A DNA stretch of 64,000 bases from an uncultured bacterium. Lineage in GTDB: Bacteria > Edwardsbacteria > AC1 > EtOH8. A program made the position numbers and the translations under genes. The first letter of the stretch is position 1. Each line of letters begins with the position of its first letter. The notes under the pieces were generated by a model. That model worked only from the letters and a program-made list of their open reading frames with translations, made no database searches and was not told the DNA's origin. Below, piece after piece: positions 50,795 to 61,278 of this stretch. Location of the stretch: contig CAWAAX010000009.1 in the NCBI GenBank assembly GCA_963780225.1, forward strand, positions 96,001-160,000, written 5' to 3'.

Positions 50795-52185
50795 ATTCGA
50801 CCGTCTCTATCCGGGCGAACTGGCGTCCCGTTTGGCGATTTATCTTTAGAACTGAACAGGATCACCAGGCCTGGTCCGGCAAGGACGCATAACAGCGGCA
50901 TTATGGGATGCCGGAAACGGCTGTTGGCGGTCATACCCCCGGAAAGAAACAAAAAGTAGAGGATAGTGGCCAGCAGCAACAAAATCTGCAAATTAGTATG
51001 TTTCCAGTTCCGGCGGTAAGCTAAGGTCAGTATCATTAAAAAGACAGGAAAGGTGCTTAAAAGCAAACTTAGCCCCAGGTACGGCAGGTGCTTCAATAAA
51101 GTGCCCATTACCTGTCCGGCCGGGGCGGTCAGACCCAAGCTGTAGGCCAAATCCGGGGGTGCCAGGCCACCGGCCCTGAACAAACTGAGGAATTCCCCGG
51201 TTCCGGGGCCAATCAAAATCAACAACATGCCTTTGAGATGGAGATAAAAGAAATAAGGGAGGTTCCCCATAATTCCTTGGAGCGCCTGTTGATGCAGGTA
51301 TCGGTAGACCTGGCCCTGATCCCAGGTGCGGGCCTGTGGATGGTGCTGGAAGAATGACTCGAGGTCAATCATGCCTTGGGAAAGTTTCAACTGGAGATAG
51401 GTGCAACCCTGGCGATGGGCCAGCACTGCAGGCAGGTGAAAGAAATAGAGATTGACGTCGGAGATAGCAGAGAAGCCTGGATAGTTGGCTCGGTTTCGGT
51501 TCCTCAGAGACCAAGGTAAAAGCAGGGCCAGGCAGATACCGGCCAGAGCAAGGCCCCTGAGGGCGGAAGCAGGACGGAGCGGGGGGCGGAAGGTGACCAC
51601 CCCCGCCAATACTATGAACATGTAATATCCAACAGGTCGGGTGTAGGCGGCCACAGAGACGGCCAATGCTGCTATCAAGAGGTGGCGGAACCGTCCATCC
51701 TTCAGGTATTGTAAGACCATAAAAATGGCCGCCAACACCAGGGTGGTGAACAGTGACTCCGTCATCAGTTTGCTGGCGTAAAGCACCGACAAGGGTTCTA
51801 TCGCGTATAACAGGGAAGCTGCCAGCGAGACCCTGGAGTTTGAGAAAATCGATTCGGCGATCTTGTAGACAAGATAAACCGAGAAGCAGCTCAATAAAAT
51901 CTGCAGGGCTATCGTCACCAGCCAAGCGTGGCCCAGGGCCAGGCCTATCGTCAAGAAAAGCGGATAGCCGGGGGTCCGGATGATATCCGGCTGGCCGCCA
52001 ACGGCGAAAGCTCCCTCACTCAGCAGGCTTCGGGCCGGCTCCAAATAGGTAGTGCTATCAGCAGTAGTGAACGCCGCAGGATTTCTGGTGGTCAGCCAGG
52101 CAGCCAAAGGCAGGGCCAGCCTGAGCAAGGCGGCGATGATCAGGATGCTGGTCAAAGGATCCCATCCGCGTTTTAAGATATTCAT
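50791..52185 (-). CDS. Membrane glycosyltransferase (GT39/ArnT-like)
   Basis: Multi-TM; DS..Y, RTPGYPLFL, TESLF, PWSLRN. Confidence 0.75.
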   Translation of the reverse strand: MNILKRGWDPLTSILIIAALLRLALPLAAWLTTRNPAAFTTADSTTYLEPARSLLSEGAFAVGGQPDIIRTPGYPLFLTIGLALGHAWLVTIALQILLSCFSVYLVYKIAESIFSNSRVSLAASLLYAIEPLSVLYASKLMTESLFTTLVLAAIFMVLQYLKDGRFRHLLIAALAVSVAAYTRPVGYYMFIVLAGVVTFRPPLRPASALRGLALAGICLALLLPWSLRNRNRANYPGFSAISDVNLYFFHLPAVLAHRQGCTYLQLKLSQGMIDLESFFQHHPQARTWDQGQVYRYLHQQALQGIMGNLPYFFYLHLKGMLLILIGPGTGEFLSLFRAGGLAPPDLAYSLGLTAPAGQVMGTLLKHLPYLGLSLLLSTFPVFLMILTLAYRRNWKHTNLQILLLLATILYFLFLSGGMTANSRFRHPIMPLLCVLAGPGLVILFSSKDKSPNGTPVRPDRDGRI

Positions 52186-53447
52186 GGGCGGCTTTCAGAG
52201 ATTCCGTTCAAGGCTGAAGCCAGACGGCTGGCGAGGATGCGGCGGTCGTACTTTTCGACGATACCGGGTCGCCTGAAGTACAATAGCCTATGGCTTGCCC
52301 AGCCCCGGACCAAAGAGGCGATGGCATAAGCCAGACCCTGGTGGTCATCCGGGGCAAAGACCAAACCAGCCCCGGTCTGCCGGATGATGGCCGCCGCCGC
52401 GCCGTCTTTGGGCATCGAGCCCAGGATAGGTCTTTCAGCTCCTATGTATTCGAACAATTTGCCGGGAGTGACATTGGCGGTCTCCTCCGGGCCCATCACC
52501 AGCCATAACAGGTCGGCCTCAGTAAGAACCTTGATGCTTTGCTGATGGGTAAGGTATCCGGTGAACCGGACCGTGGAATTCAGATCAAACTCTTTTACCA
52601 AGGCCAGATCGCTCTCCCGATGGCTGCCGGCAAACACGATCCTTAGCTTATCCAGGCCGGAAACGTTTTGCTCCCGTAGCAGCTTCACCGCCTCAAACAG
52701 TGTCCTGGGGCTACGATTATTGATGAAAGTGCCGGTGTAGGCAATGGTAAAATGATCCGGATCCGGTCTTGAGGCTCCGATAAAATCTTCGGGGTCGTAA
52801 CCGTGAGAGACCAGATGAAATTTAGAACCATCAACCCTGGGATGAAGGCTGCAGAGATCATCAAGTATCCGGCTATTGACCGCAGTTACCAGATCGGCGC
52901 TCTTCAAAACCAGTTCTTCCATTTTATGGTCCAATTTCCGCAGGGCGCCGGACGGATATTTGGTCCAGGTATAACTGGTCCAGGCATCACGAAAATCGGT
53001 CACCAGTGGCCGTCCCAAAAGTTTCTTCAGCAGAACTCCAGCCAGGTGCGATGAATATGGGGGCGCGGTGGAATAGATGGCGTCTATGGGGAATTGCCGG
53101 GCCACTTTCAGGCCGGCCTGCAGGGCAAAGGGGATCCAGCCTGCCTTGTTGTCCGGCACCAGCCAGCGGTTGATCCGGGAAGCAAGGGAGCTCTTTTGGA
53201 GGGCGGCCCCGGTGTGCTTGTGGGGAGACAAAAAAAGTGGGTCCAGTGAAAAAGTTCGGAAGACGGGTGCTTTAACCACTTCGGCGCAAAGGTCCGGGTC
53301 ATATACGTAGCTGCCGCGGGGGTGGGGCGCTATGACGATGGGGTTCCACCCGAACTGGGGCAGGTATTTGACGAACTTGACGGTCCGTTGAACGCCGCTT
53401 AATCCCAGGGGCGGGTAGTAGTAGCTTAATATCAGAAGATTTTTCAT
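52182..53447 (-). CDS. Glycosyltransferase family 4
   Basis: YYYPP...GVQR, DFRDAW, GYDPEDF, PGKLFEY. Confidence 0.88.
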   Translation of the reverse strand: MKNLLILSYYYPPLGLSGVQRTVKFVKYLPQFGWNPIVIAPHPRGSYVYDPDLCAEVVKAPVFRTFSLDPLFLSPHKHTGAALQKSSLASRINRWLVPDNKAGWIPFALQAGLKVARQFPIDAIYSTAPPYSSHLAGVLLKKLLGRPLVTDFRDAWTSYTWTKYPSGALRKLDHKMEELVLKSADLVTAVNSRILDDLCSLHPRVDGSKFHLVSHGYDPEDFIGASRPDPDHFTIAYTGTFINNRSPRTLFEAVKLLREQNVSGLDKLRIVFAGSHRESDLALVKEFDLNSTVRFTGYLTHQQSIKVLTEADLLWLVMGPEETANVTPGKLFEYIGAERPILGSMPKDGAAAAIIRQTGAGLVFAPDDHQGLAYAIASLVRGWASHRLLYFRRPGIVEKYDRRILASRLASALNGISESRP

Positions 53448-53450
53448 AGG

Positions 53451-55613
53451 TCAGCGGATGACGGCCAGTTTGCAGACGGTTTGTTTGAATCCCGGGGCGC
53501 TGATGTGGCACAGGTAAAGCCCGGAGACCAGTTTTGATTTTATATCGTTAGGGCTGATGACCAAAATATGCTCCGGCGCGGCCGGTCCGTTAAAGGTTCC
53601 CAAAAGCCGGCCGTCTATGGTGTATATGCCTACTACTGCCCGGGAAGGCAGGTTGCTGAAATAAAAATAAGGATACTGGCCCGGGCGGTAAGGATTTGGG
53701 GCTACGTTGACCGAAAGCGCCTGCCGGGGAAGTACCAGGTTGTATTTTAAAAGGCTGAGGCCTTTTTCGGTGGCAATGTAAATTCCGTCGGTTTGATCAT
53801 CGATCGGGGCGATGGCAATTTCGTTGATGTTGTCGCTTAAAAGTTTGGAGCCGTTGTTTCCCCAGTCCCGCTGAGTATAGGCCAGCACCTGGCCATCCCA
53901 GGTTATCAGGTTAAGGCCCTTATCCGTGCCGATCCATTTATTATTAGCCCGGTCGATTTTAATTGATTTGATTTTTGGGGAAAGCAGGGAATATCCCAAG
54001 GTTGATATGCTTTTGCCATCCCAATAGACCAATCCATTCTCAGTTCCGATCCATAATCCGTTTTGGTTTTGGGAACAAAGAGAAAGCACTACTGGGCTGG
54101 GCATCATTGAATTTGCGGAATTCCAGTTGCCCCAGTTATTGTCGCTGCTTTTTTTAAAAAGCCCGTTTCTGTTAGAACCCACCCACAAAGAACCGTCGGC
54201 ACCCAGAGCCAGGGTATTAGGTCTTAAGTCATCTACTGAAGGATTGGAAAAGGTTTGCCAGGTAGAGTCGCTGAAAGTAAAATGACTTACCAAATCATTT
54301 TCATCGGAATCCCAGTGCGCCAAATAAAACCCGCCTGTTTGATCCGGTAAAAAATATGCGATATACGGAGTTGGCACTCCATCTGTGAGGTGACTCCAGA
54401 CTCCCTGGTCAGAGCAGTTAAAAATACCATTACCCCAGGTTCCATACCATAAGGTGTTGGTGTAGTCAACGGATAAGGCTGAAGGATTAACTCCTAATGG
54501 GTATCCGGTATTTGCGCTGTTGAAATGTTCCCATTGACCATTGTTTAAATGATTTATGCCGAGACCAGGCAGGGCCACCCAAGGCTGTTTTTTTTGATCT
54601 ATGGTCACTCTAAAACAACTGTATCCGTTAATACAATTAAAGTGATATGGCTTCCAAACATTGTCCGGCGGTAGAACCGCCAGCCCCAATTCGGTACCGC
54701 ACCAGAGGCGGCCCAGGCCGTCAATGGTCAAGGAATAAGCATTGGTGCTTAAAAGCCCCGCTGACAGGTTGGTCCATACACTTTGGTAACTCATCCTGAT
54801 GCCCTGGTTGGTGGCGAAGTACAGGGAATCTCCTTGCTGGATTATGTCCCGGACGATCAAACCGCCTAAGCCGGGAATTGAGTCCCAAGCTGTTCCCTTC
54901 CATCGGGCTGCCCCGGCCATGGTTCCGATGATGCTGATGGTATCGGATAGAAAGATGCATTGGACATTGCGTGAACTAAGACCGAGGGCCGAATCACGCT
55001 GCCAGGCGGGAGAAGCATGGCTGATAAAATATGAAGCGGCAGCCCTGGCCAGACCTACATCAGTGGCAATCCAAATAGTATCATTCCTCTGGGCAATTGA
55101 ATTAATGGTTTGCAAATTGGGAAATACCATATTATTGGTGATTCCCGGCCAAGATTCGTAGTCATGGGAGAAAGACAACCCCTGCCTGGTTCCGGCAAAG
55201 ATGTAATCCTGATAACTGCACAGGGCGGTGACCGTGTCCGAAAGCAGGCCGTCTATGGCATTGAAAACCCGCCAGGATGACCCGGCGGAGTCCAGCCTAG
55301 CTATCCCGCCGCCGTAGGTGCCGAACCATTTGAAACCATGGCGGCCCAGGGTCACAGAGGTAAGTTCAACATTGGGAAGGCCGTTGGTGTTGTCGTATTT
55401 TTCAACCAGGGTGGTGTCCTGCCAGGAAAATAATACGGCCCCGCCGGGGGTGGAACCCCAGAGCAGGGGAGAGGTTGGATCGGCTGTAAGCCTTATTACC
55501 TGGTTGTAATTGGTATAGCTGATCCAGCTTTGGGCCGATGCCGCTGATCCCCAAAACAGAATCACCAGGACCAAGCCCGGCCAAATGCGTTTGATGGATG
55601 ATCTTTTATTCAT
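53451..55613 (-). CDS. Secreted beta-propeller protein (PorZ-like) with T9SS-like C-terminal domain
   Basis: Signal peptide; many W.GT..GL repeats; C-terminal APNPY...IYTIDGRLL...SGLYL. Confidence 0.75.
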   Translation of the reverse strand: MNKRSSIKRIWPGLVLVILFWGSAASAQSWISYTNYNQVIRLTADPTSPLLWGSTPGGAVLFSWQDTTLVEKYDNTNGLPNVELTSVTLGRHGFKWFGTYGGGIARLDSAGSSWRVFNAIDGLLSDTVTALCSYQDYIFAGTRQGLSFSHDYESWPGITNNMVFPNLQTINSIAQRNDTIWIATDVGLARAAASYFISHASPAWQRDSALGLSSRNVQCIFLSDTISIIGTMAGAARWKGTAWDSIPGLGGLIVRDIIQQGDSLYFATNQGIRMSYQSVWTNLSAGLLSTNAYSLTIDGLGRLWCGTELGLAVLPPDNVWKPYHFNCINGYSCFRVTIDQKKQPWVALPGLGINHLNNGQWEHFNSANTGYPLGVNPSALSVDYTNTLWYGTWGNGIFNCSDQGVWSHLTDGVPTPYIAYFLPDQTGGFYLAHWDSDENDLVSHFTFSDSTWQTFSNPSVDDLRPNTLALGADGSLWVGSNRNGLFKKSSDNNWGNWNSANSMMPSPVVLSLCSQNQNGLWIGTENGLVYWDGKSISTLGYSLLSPKIKSIKIDRANNKWIGTDKGLNLITWDGQVLAYTQRDWGNNGSKLLSDNINEIAIAPIDDQTDGIYIATEKGLSLLKYNLVLPRQALSVNVAPNPYRPGQYPYFYFSNLPSRAVVGIYTIDGRLLGTFNGPAAPEHILVISPNDIKSKLVSGLYLCHISAPGFKQTVCKLAVIR

Positions 55614-55748
55614 ATCTTTAGATAATAACCCAACCAGCCGGCCAAAGTCAACAATTTTATGCCGGAATGTTTTCCAATGAAAACCCCATTCACCTTTTGA
55701 AACTAAATATCTTGAAATAATATGGTTGTTATGTTAACATAAAGTTCT

Positions 55749-56933
55749 ATGGAACTACTCGATCGACAATATGATACAGTGGTCATCGGGGCCGGCCCGG
55801 CCGGCTCCCTGGCCGCCGGGACCTTGGCCGAATCCGGCCATTCAGTGTTGCTTTTAGAGAAGCATCGTGAGTCCGGAGTTCCCCTTTGCTGCGCCGAGGC
55901 CGTCAGCCTGAAGAGCCTGGAGCTGTTCTGCCGGCCTGACCCCAAATGGATAGCTGCGCCCATCAACGGGGCAGTGCTTTATTCGCCGGACGGCACCGAA
56001 GTGGCAGTGCCCTGGCCGGGTGTGGGGTACGTGCTGGAGCGCAAATTGTTCGACCGTTGGCTGACCCAAAGGGCGGCCGGGGCCGGAGCTTTTGTGCTGG
56101 TCAATGCCGAGGCGGTGGGTTTGACGGCTGATGAAAAGGGTGTCTTTACAGGGGTCAAGGTCCTGTACCGGGATCAGGTCCGCAATGTCACCTGCCGGAC
56201 CGTCATTGGGGCCGACGGGGTGGAATCCCTGACCGGAGCCTGGGCCGGACTGAACACGGCCATGAAACCGGGAGAACTGCATTCCTGCACGCAGTATCTG
56301 ATGTCCGGGATCGAAGGCCCCGCGGACATGGTACGGTTCTGGGTGGGAAAGGAGACCGCACCCGGCGGCTATTTATGGGTCTTTCCCAAGGGCGAGGGCC
56401 GGGCCAACGTGGGGCTGGGGATACTGGGCACCATGGCCGGGGGGAAAAAGCCCGGGGAATATCTGGACCAGTTCCTGATCAAACATTTTCCCCAAGCCCG
56501 GATCATCGAAACCATGTGCGGAGGCACGCCGGCGTTGGAGGAAGACCATCCCATGGTATCCAGGAACGTACTGCTGGCCGGCGATGCCGCCCGGCTGACC
56601 GATCCCCTGTCCGGGGCCGGGATCGCCATTGCCATGGCCTCGGGGCAGATGGCCGCCCGCCAAATTTCGGAATACCTGAAGACTGGAAACGAAAAAGCAC
56701 TCGGGGATTATCCCGCTCTCTGGTGGTCGGGCCTGTGGAAGGACATCAAATACCACGCCAAGGTCCGCCGGGCCTTCTTGAAACTGGAAGATGATGACAT
56801 GAACCGGATCGCCCGGCTGCTGTCCAAACTGCTGAAGGACAAGGATCCCTCAAAAATAAATCCCATCGACGTGGCCAAACAGGTGGTAAGGTCGGATCCC
56901 GGCCTGTTGCTTTTAGGAAGGCACCTGCTGTGA
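55749..56933 (+). CDS. Geranylgeranyl reductase family flavoprotein
   Basis: GAGPAG, GADG, PGGYLWVFPKG, GDAA...PLSGAGI. Confidence 0.88.
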   Translation: MELLDRQYDTVVIGAGPAGSLAAGTLAESGHSVLLLEKHRESGVPLCCAEAVSLKSLELFCRPDPKWIAAPINGAVLYSPDGTEVAVPWPGVGYVLERKLFDRWLTQRAAGAGAFVLVNAEAVGLTADEKGVFTGVKVLYRDQVRNVTCRTVIGADGVESLTGAWAGLNTAMKPGELHSCTQYLMSGIEGPADMVRFWVGKETAPGGYLWVFPKGEGRANVGLGILGTMAGGKKPGEYLDQFLIKHFPQARIIETMCGGTPALEEDHPMVSRNVLLAGDAARLTDPLSGAGIAIAMASGQMAARQISEYLKTGNEKALGDYPALWWSGLWKDIKYHAKVRRAFLKLEDDDMNRIARLLSKLLKDKDPSKINPIDVAKQVVRSDPGLLLLGRHLL

Positions 56934-57973
56934 AAAAAATATCAGCTTTGACAGTATTCCTTTTTGCCCTTCTGCTGTGGCCTGATCCATCCTTGAAGGC
57001 GGCGGTGGGGGATGAATTTGACCTCCGGATAGACCGGGGTCTGGAGATCCTTTACCAGGGACAGTATCAGGAAGCCATAGACACCTTCGACGCTTTCATA
57101 AACCAGCATCCCAAAAACCCGGCCGGATATTTTTTCAAGGCCGGGGCTTACCAGCTCAGATCCATGGCCTACGAGACCGATGTCTGGGATGATCTTCAGC
57201 GATCCCTGTTGGACAGCTCGCTGGACCTTGCCGGCCAGGCCATCTCGCATGACAGTCGCGACGCCTGGGCCTTTTTCATCCGGGGCGGGACCTACGCCTA
57301 CCGGGCCGCCATCAAGGTCCGGTCCAAGGATTACTTTTCGGCCCTAAGCAACGGGCTGTCGGCCGTCTCCGATCTGAACAAAGCCGCCGCCTTGGATCCC
57401 CAGTTGTATGACGCATATATGGGCATAGGTTCCTTTCACTATTTCCGCACCAAGGCCACCAGCGTTCTAAAATGGCTGCCCTTCATCGGTGACAACCGGG
57501 AACAGGGCATTGCAGAGATCAAGCTGGCCATAGACAAAGGCCGTTACTCAAAGGTAATGGCCCAGAACGGCCTGGCCTGGATATACGTGGATTATGAAAA
57601 ATACCCGCTGGCCCTGGAACAGGCCCGGCAGCTGGAAAGCAGTTACCCCCAGAACCACGTATTTTTCTGGATAGCCCCGGAAGTTCACTGGCGGACCAAG
57701 CAATGGGACAAAGGTTCCGCAGGGTATGCCCGGCTTTTGAAACTTTTGGACCAGAGCCAGCCGATGAATAATTTCAACCGGGTGGTCGTAGGCAGCCGTC
57801 TGGCCAAGTGTTACTATCAACAGAAGAAATACCGGGAGGCTTTGGAGGCATCCCAAAAGGCCCTGGGACTGGCTTTGGACGAACGGTCGGCCCAGCGGCT
57901 GAAATACGAAAGAGGCCGGGCTTACGAGGTCCTTAAGCAATCCGAAAAAAGGCTTATAAAAAATGATGAGTAA
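56930..57973 (+). CDS. Exported TPR protein
   Basis: Signal peptide, TPR-like helices. Confidence 0.75.
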   Translation: MKKISALTVFLFALLLWPDPSLKAAVGDEFDLRIDRGLEILYQGQYQEAIDTFDAFINQHPKNPAGYFFKAGAYQLRSMAYETDVWDDLQRSLLDSSLDLAGQAISHDSRDAWAFFIRGGTYAYRAAIKVRSKDYFSALSNGLSAVSDLNKAAALDPQLYDAYMGIGSFHYFRTKATSVLKWLPFIGDNREQGIAEIKLAIDKGRYSKVMAQNGLAWIYVDYEKYPLALEQARQLESSYPQNHVFFWIAPEVHWRTKQWDKGSAGYARLLKLLDQSQPMNNFNRVVVGSRLAKCYYQQKKYREALEASQKALGLALDERSAQRLKYERGRAYEVLKQSEKRLIKNDE

Positions 57974-59156
57974 GCGCAAGTGGATAAAATTATCACTGGC
58001 CCTGGCGCCGGTGATTTTTTTGTGGGGCTGCGCCCCCCGTTACCTGTCGCAGAAGCCGGAGCCGGAAGTGGCGCTGATCAGGATCGCCTTGAGCCGCGGC
58101 CTTCCTCAGGCGGAGGTACAGGGCGCTGATACCGTCTATCTCAGCGATCAGGACCATAGCGCGGCCATTGTTCCCGGCCAAAGCTGGAAGCTGTCGCCTT
58201 CGTCCGGAGGGCTGATCATCCAAACCAGCCAGGGCCAGACACTGGGCCCGATCCGGGGTTTTGTCAGGATCTACTCCAGGTCGCCCTTCTTCATCAATCA
58301 ACGGGAATTCTCCGGGCCGGCCGAGGTCCGCCAGGCAGCTGACAACGGCCTGCTGCTGGTGATGGAGACCGAGCTGGAAAAATATCTTTTGGGCGTGGTC
58401 AGCGCCGAGATAGGCAGTGGCCGCCAGGAACTGGAGGCATTGAAAGCCCAGGCGGTGGCCTCGCGCAGTTACGCCCTCACCAGGATTGGGTCCTCGCCCG
58501 AGGCCGGTTATGACATCGAAGCCGGGGTGCAGCACCAGGCCTATGACGGCAGCGGGAATGCCCCGCCCCTGATTGTCAAAGCGGTGGAGGAGACCCGGGG
58601 CCAGGTTTTGACCTGCGATGGAAAAGTGATCGCAGCCAATTTCCATTCCACCTGCGGCGGCCGCACCGCCCTGCCCTCCGAGGTCTGGCAGGCTGTGGAC
58701 GAGAGGTTTCCATTCTTGAGATCGGTAAAAGACGATTACTGCAAGATCTCTCCCCGGTATTCCTGGCAGGATACGGTTACCGCCCGGGAAATGCTGGACA
58801 AGCTTTTCCCCGGCCAACCCCAGTCCAGGATCAAGAATGTAGAGATATTAGACATATCCAGATCCGGCAGGGTTCAGGCCCTGAAGATATCGGCAGATTG
58901 CGGGGACACTGTGTTGTACAAGGACAAGATCAGGTTTGGACTTTCGGCCAGCCCGGTCTTAAGCACCAGGTTCGAGCTGAAAGTGCAGCGGGATGAAGCA
59001 GGCTTCGTCTCTTTCATGATACTGGAAGGCTCGGGTTACGGACACGGGGTGGGGCTTTGCCAGTGGGGGGCCATCGGGATGGCCCGGGAGGGAAAAGGGT
59101 ACAGAAATATCTTGAAGCATTTTTACAAGGGAGTGGAAATCAAAAGGATTTTCTGA
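57963..59156 (+). CDS. SpoIID/LytB domain lipoprotein (lytic transglycosylase)
   Basis: LWGC lipobox; LEKYLLGVV.AE, EALKAQAVASRSYA, GYGHGVGLCQWGA. Confidence 0.9.
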   Translation: MMSKRKWIKLSLALAPVIFLWGCAPRYLSQKPEPEVALIRIALSRGLPQAEVQGADTVYLSDQDHSAAIVPGQSWKLSPSSGGLIIQTSQGQTLGPIRGFVRIYSRSPFFINQREFSGPAEVRQAADNGLLLVMETELEKYLLGVVSAEIGSGRQELEALKAQAVASRSYALTRIGSSPEAGYDIEAGVQHQAYDGSGNAPPLIVKAVEETRGQVLTCDGKVIAANFHSTCGGRTALPSEVWQAVDERFPFLRSVKDDYCKISPRYSWQDTVTAREMLDKLFPGQPQSRIKNVEILDISRSGRVQALKISADCGDTVLYKDKIRFGLSASPVLSTRFELKVQRDEAGFVSFMILEGSGYGHGVGLCQWGAIGMAREGKGYRNILKHFYKGVEIKRIF

Positions 59157-59207
59157 TCATTGTTATGTATTGCATTTATGTGCATTTTTCGGTAAAGATT
59201 GCATTTT

Positions 59208-59236
59208 AAAACGTCTGTTTTTAAGGCGTTTTTTTT
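59208..59236 (+). terminator. Intrinsic terminator
   Basis: AAAACGTC...GGCGTTTTTTTT. Confidence 0.55.
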
Positions 59237-59329
59237 ATTGCATTTTAAGCAATTTTAATCTTGCAAAATAACTAAATATAGGTTAAACTTAAATTCTATA
59301 CTAAGTTAATTATCAAGGAGTTAATATAA

Positions 59330-60187
59330 ATGGACTACAAGCAAATCTTTGGTCTTAAGGACCAACCGTTCTCCAATGCTCCCGACAACCGGTTTTACTT
59401 CGACAGTCCCCAGCATTCCCGTGCCATACTTAAGCTTAACCATGCGGCGGAGATGATGAAGGGTTTGGCGGTGGTATTGGGAGACATCGGGACCGGCAAG
59501 ACCACGGTTTCCCGGCGCCTGCTGGAGATCCTTCCGGACGACCAGTACGAGACCGCCCTGCTGGTGATCGTGCATTCCGAGGTCACTCCGGGGTGGCTGA
59601 TCAGCAAGATCGCCCTGCAGATGGGGGTGGAAAAACCGGCCGATTCCAAGGCCGCTCTGGTGGGCCAGCTTTACGAGCAGCTGATGAAGATATACAACGA
59701 CGGCCGCAAGGCGGTGGTGATCATCGACGAGGCCAACATGCTCAAGAACAAGGAGATCATGGAGGAGATGCGGGGACTGCTGAACATGGAGGTCAACGGC
59801 AGCATGCTGATCACCTTCCTGCTGTTCGGGCTGCCGGACCTGGAGCAGTGCCTGGCCCTGGATCCCCCGTTGCGGGAGCGGATTGCGGTCAAGCACAAGC
59901 TGGAGCCCCTGACCTCCGAATCCACCCGGGGTTATATCCAATACCGGCTTTCGGTGGTGGACTGCAACCGGGAACTATTCACCGACTCGGCCTACGAATT
60001 CATCCATTTTTACTCCGACGGCAAACCCCGGCTGATAAACACCATCTGCGACAACGCACTGCTGGAGGCGGCCATGGCCGGCGCCCAGATAGTGGATGAG
60101 ACCCTGATAGAAACCGTGGTGGCCGACCTGGGCCTGAAAAGCGATGCCGCCGGCGCCGACACCAAAACCAAGACCCCTGTATTTTAA
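59330..60187 (+). CDS. ExeA/GspA-like AAA ATPase
   Basis: FGLK.QPFSN.PD, GDIGTGKTT, IIDEA, G.PRLINTICDNALL. Confidence 0.88.
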   Translation: MDYKQIFGLKDQPFSNAPDNRFYFDSPQHSRAILKLNHAAEMMKGLAVVLGDIGTGKTTVSRRLLEILPDDQYETALLVIVHSEVTPGWLISKIALQMGVEKPADSKAALVGQLYEQLMKIYNDGRKAVVIIDEANMLKNKEIMEEMRGLLNMEVNGSMLITFLLFGLPDLEQCLALDPPLRERIAVKHKLEPLTSESTRGYIQYRLSVVDCNRELFTDSAYEFIHFYSDGKPRLINTICDNALLEAAMAGAQIVDETLIETVVADLGLKSDAAGADTKTKTPVF

Positions 60188-60192
60188 GCCGT

Positions 60193-61060
60193 ATGACTAA
60201 TAATCATTCTTACGTTGATCTTCATCTGCATACCGTTGCTTCCGATGGTACCTTCACTCCGGAGTCCCTGATCCGGCACGCCTCGTCGCGGGGGCTTAAA
60301 GCCATTGCCGTCACCGATCACGACGCTTGGGAATCCATTAAACCGGCTGCCATCCTGGGCGCCAAGCTGGGAATAGAAGTGATCCCCGGAGTGGAACTGT
60401 CCACTTCCATAAACGAAACCGAGATCCATATCCTGGGTTATTTCATAGATTATCTGGACCCGGATTTTCAGAAGGAAGTACTGCGTTTCAAGCAGGCCCG
60501 GATAGAGACGGGCCCAGAAGATCGTGGAGAAGCTGGCGGTGGCCGGGGTGCGGATAGACATCAAACATGTGCTGGAGATAGCCGGCAGCGGTTCGGTGGG
60601 CCGGCCCCATGTGGCCCGGGCCCTGCTGGACGAAGGCTACGTGGGCTCCACCGACGAGGCCTTCAGCCGCTATTTGGGCTACGGCGCGCCGGCTTATGTC
60701 GCCAAAAATTTCATGTCGCCCCAGGACGCCTTTGAACTGATCCATTACGTGCGGGGCTTGTGTTTCTTTGCCCATCCGGGAATAGAGGGCCGGGACGAGC
60801 TGATAGACCAGTTCGCGGCCTGGGGCCTGGACGGGCTGGAAGTCTGGCACAGCAAGCACAGTCCGTCCCAGGTCAAGCATTACCAGGAGCTGGCCGGCAA
60901 AAAGGGGATGCTGGTCTCGGGCGGATCGGATTCCCACGGGGACCAGGACCTGGATTCCATCAAGTACAACCTGAAAGTCTCCTACGATGTGGTGGAAAAG
61001 ATGAAGGCCCGGGTCAACGGTCTGGCCACCCGCAAGTGGATGAACGAAGACGGGGAGTGA
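60193..61060 (+). CDS. PHP-domain phosphoesterase, split by a +1 frameshift at ~60508
   Basis: DLHLHT.ASDG, TDHD, HILGY / GRPHVARAL, AHP, GGSDSHG in the next frame. Confidence 0.85.
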
Positions 61061-61072
61061 CCCACCAGGGCA

Positions 61073-61224
61073 GACAGGATTAACATGATTCACGGGGGTT
61101 AATACTAAAAAACCTATTTCTCGGGATAGACAGGATTAACCTGATTTACCGGGATCAATACCCGAATAAAAAATCTTGTTTCCCTGGGTCAATCCTAAAA
61201 TAAAAAAATCATGTAAATCCTGTC
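61073..61224. repeat. GACAGGATTAAC-family inverted-repeat element (two left arms, inverted right arm)
   Basis: GACAGGATTAACATGATT, GACAGGATTAACCTGATT ... AATCATGTAAATCCTGTC. Confidence 0.7.
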
Positions 61225-61278
61225 AGAATATCCCGTAGGTTTTCCCGGCAGACCCGATTTTAATTGATGGAGGTTATT

